In this document: one piece after another, positions 1 to 8,124 of the stretch
Position numbering within the stretch: position 1 is the stretch's first letter
How the letters are laid out: each line of letters opens with the position of its first letter
Assembly (NCBI GenBank): GCA_038883795.1
Contig: JAVZLK010000023.1
Span: forward strand, 1 to 25,392
Source: Candidatus Bathyarchaeia archaeon
Lineage (GTDB): Archaea; Thermoproteota; Bathyarchaeia; Bathyarchaeales; Bathycorpusculaceae
DNA length: 25,392 nt
Direction: 5' to 3'
Notes under the pieces: generated by a model
The model's database searches: none
Told to the model about the DNA's origin: nothing
Seen by the model: only the letters and a program-made list of their open reading frames with translations
Program-made: the position numbers and the translations under genes

Positions 1-195
1 GTGGAAAAAATAGAAAAAAGCGGAGGCCACATGCTAACGAACACATGCGCCGTCGTAACATGGACAGAAAAACTTGGAATAAAAACAATAATGACAAACT
101 CAGCAAAAACAGCTCATTATGCACCCACACTAAACAAGGCAGAAACAATACTTGCACCACTAAAAGAGTGCATAAAAAAGGCTTATAGAGGATAA
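1..195 (+). CDS. 3' end of host aconitase X (AcnX/DUF521) catalytic subunit, partial
   Basis: C-terminal motifs NTCAVV and IMTNSAKTAHYAP are typical of AcnX family large subunits; truncated by the window edge. Confidence 0.8.
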   Translation: MEKIEKSGGHMLTNTCAVVTWTEKLGIKTIMTNSAKTAHYAPTLNKAETILAPLKECIKKAYRG

Positions 196-205
196 GGTTT
201 ATTCG
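192..205 (+). promoter_or_regulatory. Putative BRE/TATA promoter of the tRNA
   Basis: ATAAGGTTTATTCG about 40 nt upstream of the mature tRNA 5' end. Confidence 0.4.
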
Positions 206-241
206 AATGAAAAAGCATCTTGCATGGTGCCACAAAAGAAA

Positions 242-316
242 GCTCCGGTAGTATAGCCCGGTCAAGTATTCCGGCCTTTCGAGCCGGAGACGCGGGTCCG
301 AATCCCGCCCGGAGCA
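242..316 (+). tRNA. tRNA-Glu (anticodon TTC), intron-less, CCA not encoded; provirus integration site (attL)
   Basis: Acceptor stem GCTCCGG 242-248 / CCGGAGC 309-315; anticodon arm CCGGC-CT[TTC]GA-GCCGG 271-287; T arm GCGGG-TCCGAAT-CCCGC 292-308; discriminator A316. Confidence 0.95.
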
Positions 317-379
317 CTCCAAATCTGCTTGCTTCAGCAGAAAGAAGCCAGAAACGGGCTTTTTGCCCACTGGCTTGCG

Positions 380-422
380 GGACCGTCCTGGGACCGTCCC
401 AGCTATGTTGGGAGGACCGTCC
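380..422. repeat. Three copies of the interrupted palindrome GGAC-C-GTCC
   Basis: Exact GGACCGTCC at 380-388, 391-399 and 414-422. Confidence 0.85.
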
Positions 423-423
423 T

Positions 424-1440
424 ATGCACAAGGATACGATAAGCGAATTGAAGAAGCGTGTGGATGAGCAGTGTAGGGCTTTGGGTTCTTTAGCTTCAAG
501 CATGGAAGGAGAAGATAGGCTTGGAGATTTAATGAAGCGTGTGGAAAAGCCTTGTGAAACTTTAAGCTCTTTAGCGTCTGCTGGCGTTTCGGGCGAAGGT
601 TTTGTTTTAAGTTGGTCTGAGACGAGGCAGCTGTTTCTGCAATACATTGAGTTTAAGAGGTATGAGGCAGCCAATGCGAAGAACATGGTTAATTATTTGG
701 ACAAGTTTGTTAAAGAGCCTATAACGGCTCCTATTGACGTTATGAAGATGTTTTCTGGTCTAAGTGTAGGTCAGAGACATCATTTGAACAGGGCTATACG
801 TGCTTGGCTCAAATGTTTGGAAATCAACAAGCCAAACGGGCAGTTTAAAGAGTTTCTTGACGCTTTGAGGAAGGCCATTCCTAAGGATGAGATAGGCGTG
901 GACATTAAAATTCCAGAGGAAACGCAGATAGTTTCAGACTTGAAGAGGATAGCTTCAGATCCATTGCCTTATCAGGCGGAGTATAACTTGCTTTTGGACT
1001 CAGGGCTAAGGCTCGTGGAGGTTGTAAAGCTTTTGAACGATTTTCCAGAGGCTGAGCATTTGGAAGGTTTCTATCGCTGCCCAGTTGGGCTTTTCAGAGG
1101 TTCAAAACAAGCGTACTACTGCTATCTGACGGAATACACCTATCAGTTGATAAGGAAACTGAATGAAAAGGTCAAAGGAGCCACATTGAAAAAGTGGCAT
1201 CAAACCCGCAATTATACGAGGGCGAAGTATCTGAGGAAGTTTGCCAACGACATGATAACAAGCGAAAGACTGAATGTTCCAGAAAGTGTTGCGGATTTTA
1301 TTCAGGGGCGTGTTCCAAGGAGTATAGGGGCAAAGCATTACATGCGCCTGAAACGGAAAGCAGACCAGTTCTATCCAAGATATGCAGAATATATCACAGA
1401 GTTGAGGCGAAAAGCAAGTATTGCCCTTGATGCCCTTTAG
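424..1440 (+). CDS. int: SSV1/pTN3-type tyrosine integrase, Int(C) portion; frame stays open upstream through the tRNA to 220
   Basis: Catalytic set DSGLR, KQAYY, KYLRKF, FIQGR, KHY (R..KxxR..R..Y variant of SSV1-like integrases); GGAGG at 411-415 precedes ATG 424. Confidence 0.9.
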   Translation: MHKDTISELKKRVDEQCRALGSLASSMEGEDRLGDLMKRVEKPCETLSSLASAGVSGEGFVLSWSETRQLFLQYIEFKRYEAANAKNMVNYLDKFVKEPITAPIDVMKMFSGLSVGQRHHLNRAIRAWLKCLEINKPNGQFKEFLDALRKAIPKDEIGVDIKIPEETQIVSDLKRIASDPLPYQAEYNLLLDSGLRLVEVVKLLNDFPEAEHLEGFYRCPVGLFRGSKQAYYCYLTEYTYQLIRKLNEKVKGATLKKWHQTRNYTRAKYLRKFANDMITSERLNVPESVADFIQGRVPRSIGAKHYMRLKRKADQFYPRYAEYITELRRKASIALDAL

Positions 1441-1781
1441 TTTTTTATATTGTGCAGAGATTGACATTTTTTATAGACTACAAAATGGCAAAAGAACAAG
1501 AATGTTCGGTAAATGTATGAACTTGAAGTTTTAGAAGACTTGAGACAGCAAATTGAGGAAACAAAATCATACGCTATTAAAGAATATTTTAAAGGAACTT
1601 TTCAATTTTGAAGCCAAAAACCATTTCATTTATGGCAAAGAAAAAGTTGCAAAGTTGTAGCAAGTTCACATATAGGCATAAACATAACAGCTTTTCTATA
1701 GAAGTGATAAATAGAGCTATTTTTTGGTTATTGATGTGAATAGATAAACTTAATATTTTAATAAAAACCAACTTATTTTTA

Positions 1782-2912
1782 ATGTCTGCAGTTGCTGCTT
1801 TAATTAGGTATAATCCTTGTAGTGTTCATGCGAGAAGAGGCTCTGTTTGTCCCTTCTCATACAGGGGCATAGGACAGCGTTGCCCTTACCCTCACGGACT
1901 TTGCGATTCCTTAGATTATGATGGCTGGTTTAAAGATGTTCTTGCAGGCAAGATAAAGTGCTTTTATCCAAATCGAATTCGCTTATTTGAATCAGCAGGC
2001 GGTATCCTTGTTCTTTATCATACTCATAAACGAGCAATAGTAGGTGAAGCTAAAGTAATCAGGGTTACATCGGAAAAAAAGATGTATTACTATTGGTTTG
2101 ACAAATTTCTATTATACCCCAATCCAGTTAGTGTCAGACTATTGCGAACAGACCCAATATTGAAAAAACTTGCCAGAGGTGGGACATGGACAATAATATA
2201 TCTTTCTAAGGAAACACTGAAAGAAATACGGGAACTTTCTGAACTTTGGGGTAAAAGCTCAGAAAGATTGCAAAGAGAATTGGAATTAGCAAAGGAACAA
2301 GGTAATAGGTCTACCCTTCCCAGAGATGATGTGTTTTTTGTAAACATAGGGATGGAAAAGTTAAATGATATGGGGGTAAAACCTGAAATATTGGAGAAAA
2401 CTCGGGAAATTTTTCGTGAAGCCGTGAAAAGAAAGCTTCTACGCGGTAGGTCATCAGAACTTATTTTCTACGCTTCATTGTTTCTGGCATTTAGAGCTCT
2501 CGGTATACCAAAAAGATCTGATGAAATTCAAAGAATAGGAAATATTGAACTCAAGAAGTTAATATCATCGGTAAACCTTCTGAGAAAAAATATTGAACTC
2601 AAGATACCGTTCTTAAGCTCAAAAGAATGGATTTCTTATTACTCGAGAAAACTTGAAGTACCTGATAAGATTGTTCAACTTGCCCTTAGTTTATCTGAGA
2701 ATATGAAAACTGAAGGTCCCATTAAACACAGAAGCCCTATTTCTGTTGCAGCAACTGCTCTGTACGTGGCGTATCTTACAGCTGGCGAAAAGATAATGCA
2801 GGAGAAAATCGCGAGTACCTTTGGTATAACTTCAGTCACTCTGAGAAACTTGACAAAACTCTGGTTTTCTTATAAAAATAAGCAAATAAGCCACATCGCT
2901 GTAGTTTCTTAG
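1782..2912 (+). CDS. Fusion protein: Cys/His-rich ASCH/EVE (PUA-like) N-terminal domain plus TFB/TFIIB cyclin-repeat core
   Basis: C-half has LLRGRSSELIFYASLFLAFR, HRSPISVAATALYVA and QEKIASTFGITSVTLRN (TFB repeats and BRE-binding HTH). N-half has WFKDVLAGK, GGILVLYHTHKRAIVGEAKV, YPNPVSV, IYLSKETLKEI (PUA-like pattern). TATA-like TTAATATTT about 30 nt upstream. Confidence 0.75.
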   Translation: MSAVAALIRYNPCSVHARRGSVCPFSYRGIGQRCPYPHGLCDSLDYDGWFKDVLAGKIKCFYPNRIRLFESAGGILVLYHTHKRAIVGEAKVIRVTSEKKMYYYWFDKFLLYPNPVSVRLLRTDPILKKLARGGTWTIIYLSKETLKEIRELSELWGKSSERLQRELELAKEQGNRSTLPRDDVFFVNIGMEKLNDMGVKPEILEKTREIFREAVKRKLLRGRSSELIFYASLFLAFRALGIPKRSDEIQRIGNIELKKLISSVNLLRKNIELKIPFLSSKEWISYYSRKLEVPDKIVQLALSLSENMKTEGPIKHRSPISVAATALYVAYLTAGEKIMQEKIASTFGITSVTLRNLTKLWFSYKNKQISHIAVVS

Positions 2913-2960
2913 GACATATGCGAAAACCTGCAAATTTGCATTCTATGATTTCGAGTCAAG

Positions 2961-3170
2961 TTAAATTTTCGTTTTGATAGATTTCCTCGCCTTGGTTATC
3001 CTTGTTGTGGTTATTTTTCCAGTACTCTTAGAGATCCATTCTCTGAATTTTTCTCCACATTTACAATGATAGAGCTTTACATGCATCTTAGGACCCTTTC
3101 TATGCGTTGGGCCATAATCCCACTCTTTAGAAACAGGGACGTCTTTACCACACGAGGGACATTTTGCCAT
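2961..3170 (-). CDS. Small basic Zn-ribbon protein, Cren7-like chromatin protein
   Basis: CPSCG...KEWDYGP..RKG..VKLYHCKCGEKFR parallels the Cren7 pattern (K.W.L.PKGRKGVKIGLF....GKYFR); Lys-rich tail. Confidence 0.6.
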   Translation of the reverse strand: MAKCPSCGKDVPVSKEWDYGPTHRKGPKMHVKLYHCKCGEKFREWISKSTGKITTTRITKARKSIKTKI

Positions 3171-3280
3171 CCAAACACCAATTTATTCAAACATTGAAAG
3201 TTTCTTATATAATTTGCTCCTTTTCAACAGATTAATATGTTTAAAAAAAGCAGTAGTTGTCAAAATACGTTTCGAATACT

Positions 3281-4216
3281 TTAATTTTTGTCTTTTTGGA
3301 AAATTAGAGCAAACTGATGAACTTGAGTGGCTACAAAGGCGTATGGATAGCCAAATGGATATTGGTTGAGTGTCTTGTCGAACCATATACGGTATCCTCT
3401 GAACGTTAGATTATCGATTTTGGACAATTCTAAGGTAATATCGCAGTGAAGCATGTTGTGGTGCTTCTTTGTCGGTTGAAAATCTTTGCAAAATACAACT
3501 AAATGTCCCCCTTCTGTAAGAAACTGAACTGCCTTCTCCAGAATCTTGCGCAACTCTGAAAGAAAGTCTTCATAAGGTAAATTACCTATATCTTCCTTTG
3601 AAAGAGTGAATGGTGTTGCTTCGCCTCTTCCACGTTTACGATCATCTCCACTTTTCTCAACGGTCATCATGTTAGAGTATGGTGGATCAGTCAGAATTAA
3701 CTTAAATTTTCTTGAGGTTACTTCAGCATGTTTATCCATATTTCGCGCATCATCAACTATCATTATCTGCGGTTTTATTCCTTCTTTTTCACAAACTTTG
3801 TAATAGATTTCAGCATATCTACTTGATAAATCAATACCTACACCATTTCGCCCCGTAATAGAACAGCCAATTAATGTTCCACCTACACCAGCAAATGGAT
3901 CAAACACCCACTCGCCATATTTTGTGAAGAAATTTATGAATTCTGCCATAAGCTGTGGCGGCTTTGGAGAAGGATGAATTCTTCGTAACTCATGTCCATA
4001 ACTTTCAGGCCCTGCTACTGGATATTTCGTTTCTAAAACTGATAAGGTGAAATACGCCCATTCTCTTCCTGTCAAGTCATTTAGGGTATTTCTGACATCA
4101 TATATTCCTCTTTCGCCTAAATCAATACCATGTCTATTGACTCTGGTTGGTTTTAAGTTAAAAAGACGAGATTGCATTAGATGTTTGCGTTGTGATTTTT
4201 CATCAACTTTAGACAT
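3281..4216 (-). CDS. N4-C/N6-A DNA methyltransferase with circularly permuted motif order
   Basis: HPSPKP and motif I FDPFAGVGGT precede motif IV TDPPY. Confidence 0.9.
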   Translation of the reverse strand: MSKVDEKSQRKHLMQSRLFNLKPTRVNRHGIDLGERGIYDVRNTLNDLTGREWAYFTLSVLETKYPVAGPESYGHELRRIHPSPKPPQLMAEFINFFTKYGEWVFDPFAGVGGTLIGCSITGRNGVGIDLSSRYAEIYYKVCEKEGIKPQIMIVDDARNMDKHAEVTSRKFKLILTDPPYSNMMTVEKSGDDRKRGRGEATPFTLSKEDIGNLPYEDFLSELRKILEKAVQFLTEGGHLVVFCKDFQPTKKHHNMLHCDITLELSKIDNLTFRGYRIWFDKTLNQYPFGYPYAFVATQVHQFALIFQKDKN

Positions 4217-4328
4217 GCATACGCCTCCCTCTTAATAGTAAAAATACTGAAATAAATCTATAACATAGCCCCTTTGTACGGAAAGTATTTTTTCGATGAA
4301 CTAAACTTATAAGTATTTCTTGCATCCA

Positions 4329-4448
4329 ACCACCTCGGACAATAAAATGTTGGCTGAAGACCTATTTATATTCTGCTAAAAAACCTTTGGTGATGCAAAA
4401 CAAACTTGGAGTTGGCTCCCGCTTAAGCCAGCCCAAATCCGAGGTGGT
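4329..4448. repeat. 11-bp perfect inverted repeat with a nested stem in the divergent methyltransferase/endonuclease intergenic region
   Basis: ACCACCTCGGA 4329-4339 / TCCGAGGTGGT 4438-4448; inner GTTGGCT 4349-4355 / AGCCAGC 4426-4432 (one G-U pair). Confidence 0.7.
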
Positions 4449-4609
4449 AAATCCCAGAGAGGAGCAAGCTCAAACGGGAACCACATCATTGTTATGGAGG
4501 GCTTGCAAATAAAATCTTCGATTTGTGTAAAGGTTTGCATTTTGTATAACTGAAAAATAACGACAGAAAGAATTTAAGTTCGACCCTTAATAGAATTTCG
4601 TGAATCAGA

Positions 4610-5971
4610 ATGAATCTATGGATTTTAACCGAAGAAAGACCAAAGAAAAAAGTAGTTGAGATGCTTCTGAACAAGTTAGGAGAAGATAGACAGCTTAGGG
4701 TCACCATTGATAAAATTGGAATCATGCCTATCGTAAAAGAAGAGAGGTTTTCGTTTACATATCAAGTGACTGGAGCAAGCGTCGAGTCAATTGATAACAT
4801 ATTCTTGAAGATAGTTAGTGGTGATAGTAGTTTCGTAGACTTCTTGGTATTTTTGCAAGAAAAAGCTCCTGAAAAAGATTCTGTCCCCATTTATGCTGTA
4901 GAAGAAACTAAAACAGCTGACATAGAATCAAGAAATACAGGGGTTTACCAACGATGTTCTAAATTCGTTTTTCTTGACTTTTATTATCCTAATTGTAGGA
5001 AAATTATGTTATATAACTTGCAGATAGACTCTCAAAGTGAACCCACACAGACTAATATCTTTGGAACACGAATGTTGATGACTATAGGCGTTGAGATACT
5101 TGGAAAAACATTAGAGAAGGATATTTTCAAACCATTTCAGAGCGTAGATGAATTTATAGAATTTAAAAGCAAGATGAGAAATCCACCGGCTGGAAATGTT
5201 CCTATCTCTATAAATAAGTTCAACGACCGTATCGAAGTTTCTGGCAGATTGTTTAAATCTGGGAGTCTAAGTCATGATCCAAATATTGGAGCTTTGAGCA
5301 TAATTGCCAAAACATTGAGGGTCTTAGGTTGGGACAAAGACATTATCATAACTAAGCATGGATTGTCTCAAGAACACGTAAATCCAGGAAACAAATTTGT
5401 CAAAATCGCAAGCAAATTGAACGTGAAACTGGATAAATTGACTATGCCGAAACCTGAAGTGAGCGAAGAATACTGGCATTATGAAAAAAACTCCGAGAAG
5501 ATTGCTACAATCTTTCTCCATTTAATATTGGAGGATATGGAAGGAATTGAAGTTATATATGAAAATCATGCAGGTTGCGAGAGGGGTTACTTCAAGACAC
5601 AATCAGGAGATTGCATAGCAATACACAAGTACATTGAAAATGAGAAGGTAAAAGGTATCTTAAACATACCTGACTTAATAGTATGTGACAAGAGTAGAAA
5701 GCAAATACTCATTTTGGAAGGTAAGCCTCATGATAATTTAACTGCGGGATTAGACGCTCTAAAAAGATACGGCCATCTGCAGAGAGAATACATCGAAAGA
5801 TATTACCCAGGCTATACTGTTAGTAAGCACGTTGTTTTGTTTGGGGGATATAACTCTCGAATAATGCATCCTGAAGTTGCCTTCTTGCTTAACTCCAATG
5901 GAGACTTGATTTTAGCAGAACATACCCCAGACGCTATAAAAAACGCTGTTAAAGAGCTATTAAAAAAATAG
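4610..5971 (+). CDS. Putative Type II restriction endonuclease with two PD-(D/E)xK-like motifs
   Basis: FVDFLV...AVEETK and IPDLIV...ILEGK; lies between two DNA methyltransferases. Confidence 0.7.
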   Translation: MNLWILTEERPKKKVVEMLLNKLGEDRQLRVTIDKIGIMPIVKEERFSFTYQVTGASVESIDNIFLKIVSGDSSFVDFLVFLQEKAPEKDSVPIYAVEETKTADIESRNTGVYQRCSKFVFLDFYYPNCRKIMLYNLQIDSQSEPTQTNIFGTRMLMTIGVEILGKTLEKDIFKPFQSVDEFIEFKSKMRNPPAGNVPISINKFNDRIEVSGRLFKSGSLSHDPNIGALSIIAKTLRVLGWDKDIIITKHGLSQEHVNPGNKFVKIASKLNVKLDKLTMPKPEVSEEYWHYEKNSEKIATIFLHLILEDMEGIEVIYENHAGCERGYFKTQSGDCIAIHKYIENEKVKGILNIPDLIVCDKSRKQILILEGKPHDNLTAGLDALKRYGHLQREYIERYYPGYTVSKHVVLFGGYNSRIMHPEVAFLLNSNGDLILAEHTPDAIKNAVKELLKK

Positions 5972-5980
5972 AAATATAAG

Positions 5981-7018
5981 CTATTTAGTGACTTTTAAAT
6001 AGAAAAGCAACTCCTTTAGCAGCGTGTTCTGTAGGCTTCTTCTATGACTTTTGAATCGCCGATATGTCTTACTATATTCCATTACATTCCCGCGTGTTGA
6101 TAGAATACGAACTATTTCATCACGAGGAATTATTCCTTCACTGTTATAACTCATTAGAATATGCTTACATTTTGCGTTTGTAACCAGATCTTCTAATGCT
6201 GGGACGCACTCTGTCTTTGAGCAATATCGTGACTTTTTATCTTCCCAGAAAATCAGTCCAGTCTTTGTGTTTTTTATCTTTTTGTCCCATATAGCAATAG
6301 CCTCAAGAATATGATAGTTCGCTGCATATTGACGTGTATTGTATGGTGGATCTAAATATAGAATATCACATGATATTCGTCTAATTAGCTGATTTGCATC
6401 TTCATTGTAGCATTCATGACCTGCTCCATAACATAACAATTGTGGTGGCCTTAATAGTAGGCGCTTGAAAATTCGCGGGTCGTTTATCTTTAGAAAAGCT
6501 CCGTATGTACCTGCGATGTTTGAGACGGATGGCACAGCCTCCAGTAGAGAGCATAATAATACATAAAACTCGTCTTCTGAAATTATTCTATTGTCTTTCC
6601 ATAATTGAATGGTATCTCTGATAGCGTCAATTTTCTGTGCATTCTCAGAAGAGAAGTAGTTTCGCCTAAATTGCGAGTTTGTTGTTCCTTGGAACGTGTA
6701 ATTTTGATATATGAATCCCTTTTTAGGGGGTAGCGAATTAAGAAATTGAATTACTTTTTTCAGATTTGGCTTGTCAATAACTGATGAAAGACCGCTAAAT
6801 GAGGGTGTTTCGTTTATACCAATATACGTTCTCGCAAAGACATAAGAGTACTTCATAATGTCATTTGCGATAACACGAAAACCTTTTTTCTTGAAAAATT
6901 GAGCGACTACTGTAGTTCCAGCGAATATATCGCAAAAAGTTCCGCTTAAAATATCATGTTCTCTAATTGGACCATATATAAAATCAACAAGATCTTTCTT
7001 GCTTCCGATATACCTCAC
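5981..7018 (-). CDS. D12-class N6-adenine DNA methyltransferase (M.FokI/M.NlaIII-like)
   Basis: RYIGSK, CDIFAGT, VIAND, YLDPPYNTRQY, LMSYN; likely GTG start at 7018 behind GGAG rather than 7102. Confidence 0.93.
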   Translation of the reverse strand: MRYIGSKKDLVDFIYGPIREHDILSGTFCDIFAGTTVVAQFFKKKGFRVIANDIMKYSYVFARTYIGINETPSFSGLSSVIDKPNLKKVIQFLNSLPPKKGFIYQNYTFQGTTNSQFRRNYFSSENAQKIDAIRDTIQLWKDNRIISEDEFYVLLCSLLEAVPSVSNIAGTYGAFLKINDPRIFKRLLLRPPQLLCYGAGHECYNEDANQLIRRISCDILYLDPPYNTRQYAANYHILEAIAIWDKKIKNTKTGLIFWEDKKSRYCSKTECVPALEDLVTNAKCKHILMSYNSEGIIPRDEIVRILSTRGNVMEYSKTYRRFKSHRRSLQNTLLKELLFYLKVTK

Positions 7019-7133
7019 GCCATTACACTCTCCTGTGTTTTTAAACGTCTTGAAACACGTAATGATGCTTGTGAATCTACAATTGAAGTTTTGACACAGC
7101 ATTCTTCAGCAATGTTGTGTATTGTCATTTACT

Positions 7134-7556
7134 CTACCTTTTATGTCGCTTTTCCTTAAGCCATTCATCGTATTTTTCCAACGCGTTATCAATGTGTATA
7201 TGAATGAAGTCTAATGCATTATGGTATTGTGTGTTCATTTCTTTTACTGCTTTGTTTAGTTTTTCATATTTTTCTTTTTGAATTTCCACATATTCATAGT
7301 TCTTTTTAAGGAATTTAAGTCTCCATCTTACGGCGTCGCATAAGAACTCCTCTCTTGTCATAAATCCTAAATGCTTGCTTGTTTCTACGAAATTTTCAAT
7401 CTCCTCAAGCAGTTCTGTAGGCAGTATAACAGATTGGTTTAGCACGACTTCTATGGCATCTTGGTAAGTCTGCATCTTGCCTGTCTGCGCCATAAGTGTT
7501 CCAAGAGTTGCTGTTAGTTTTCTGTGGGTTTCATCTGATATTCTAAGTGTCTTCAT
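7134..7556 (-). CDS. DNA-binding protein with three tandem RHH-like repeats
   Basis: KTLRISDETHRKL...YQDAIEVVL; SVILPTELLEEIE...REEFLCDAVR; YVEIQKEKYEKL...ALDFIHIHID. Confidence 0.7.
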   Translation of the reverse strand: MKTLRISDETHRKLTATLGTLMAQTGKMQTYQDAIEVVLNQSVILPTELLEEIENFVETSKHLGFMTREEFLCDAVRWRLKFLKKNYEYVEIQKEKYEKLNKAVKEMNTQYHNALDFIHIHIDNALEKYDEWLKEKRHKR

Positions 7557-7560
7557 TCCT

Positions 7561-7974
7561 TTATTCTTCCTTTATTTTCTTGCTTATTGGCCAGCCTTTT
7601 TCGATTAGGATTTTCCTTACTTTTGGTATGTTTAGGGCAAATTCAACATGTTTGCAGTTGTCAGAGCCGCAGTATTCGCACAGAACCTTGTTGGGTTTAA
7701 AGTAAACGTCTATTATCCTTCCTTTTGAGACGCCGTTTCCGAGGCTTCTGTCAAGTATGCGGACGCCGTACTCGCTTATGTTAAAATGCTCAAGCTGGGG
7801 CTGCTCTGGTATTGGCGTTAGAATTTTTAGTTCTGTGCATTTTTCTCTTACTGCATCTGTTATGAAGTCTGCGAGGCTTTTATAGCCCATTTCCGGATGA
7901 GCCTTAACATATTCTTCTATTTTGTTTACGAGCTCTCTTTGGAGGGTTATTCCTCTGTATTTGCCTACGGGCAT
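7561..7974 (-). CDS. RHH regulator with C-terminal SWIM-like Zn finger (candidate repressor)
   Basis: GITLQRELVNKIEEYV...YKSLADFITDAVREK; CEYCGSDNCKH. Confidence 0.8.
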   Translation of the reverse strand: MPVGKYRGITLQRELVNKIEEYVKAHPEMGYKSLADFITDAVREKCTELKILTPIPEQPQLEHFNISEYGVRILDRSLGNGVSKGRIIDVYFKPNKVLCEYCGSDNCKHVEFALNIPKVRKILIEKGWPISKKIKEE

Positions 7975-8124
7975 ATACCATACCTACACCTTACTTATGC
8001 GTTAGTCAAGCCTTAATAAATTTTCGATTGCCCCTGCCGAGGTTTTTAATTTCGTTATGTAGGCAACTCTTATATTTGAACCACATGAATACCACACAAG
8101 CAGAGTTTGAGTGGGGTATAAAAA

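Noticed and set aside
220-423. Integrase start at TTG 220 as in the ORF track
   Set aside because: It lies in host sequence upstream of the tRNA with no RBS; the true N-terminus is more likely at attR or at ATG 424.
1513-1611. 32-codon ORF after the integrase
   Set aside because: Too short, with no recognisable motif or RBS; at most a gene remnant.
1782-2912. Ordinary host TFB paralog
   Set aside because: Lacks the N-terminal Zn-ribbon and B-reader, and lies inside the provirus.
4354-4410. CTGAAGA as a hammerhead ribozyme core
   Set aside because: No correctly placed GAAA or stems.
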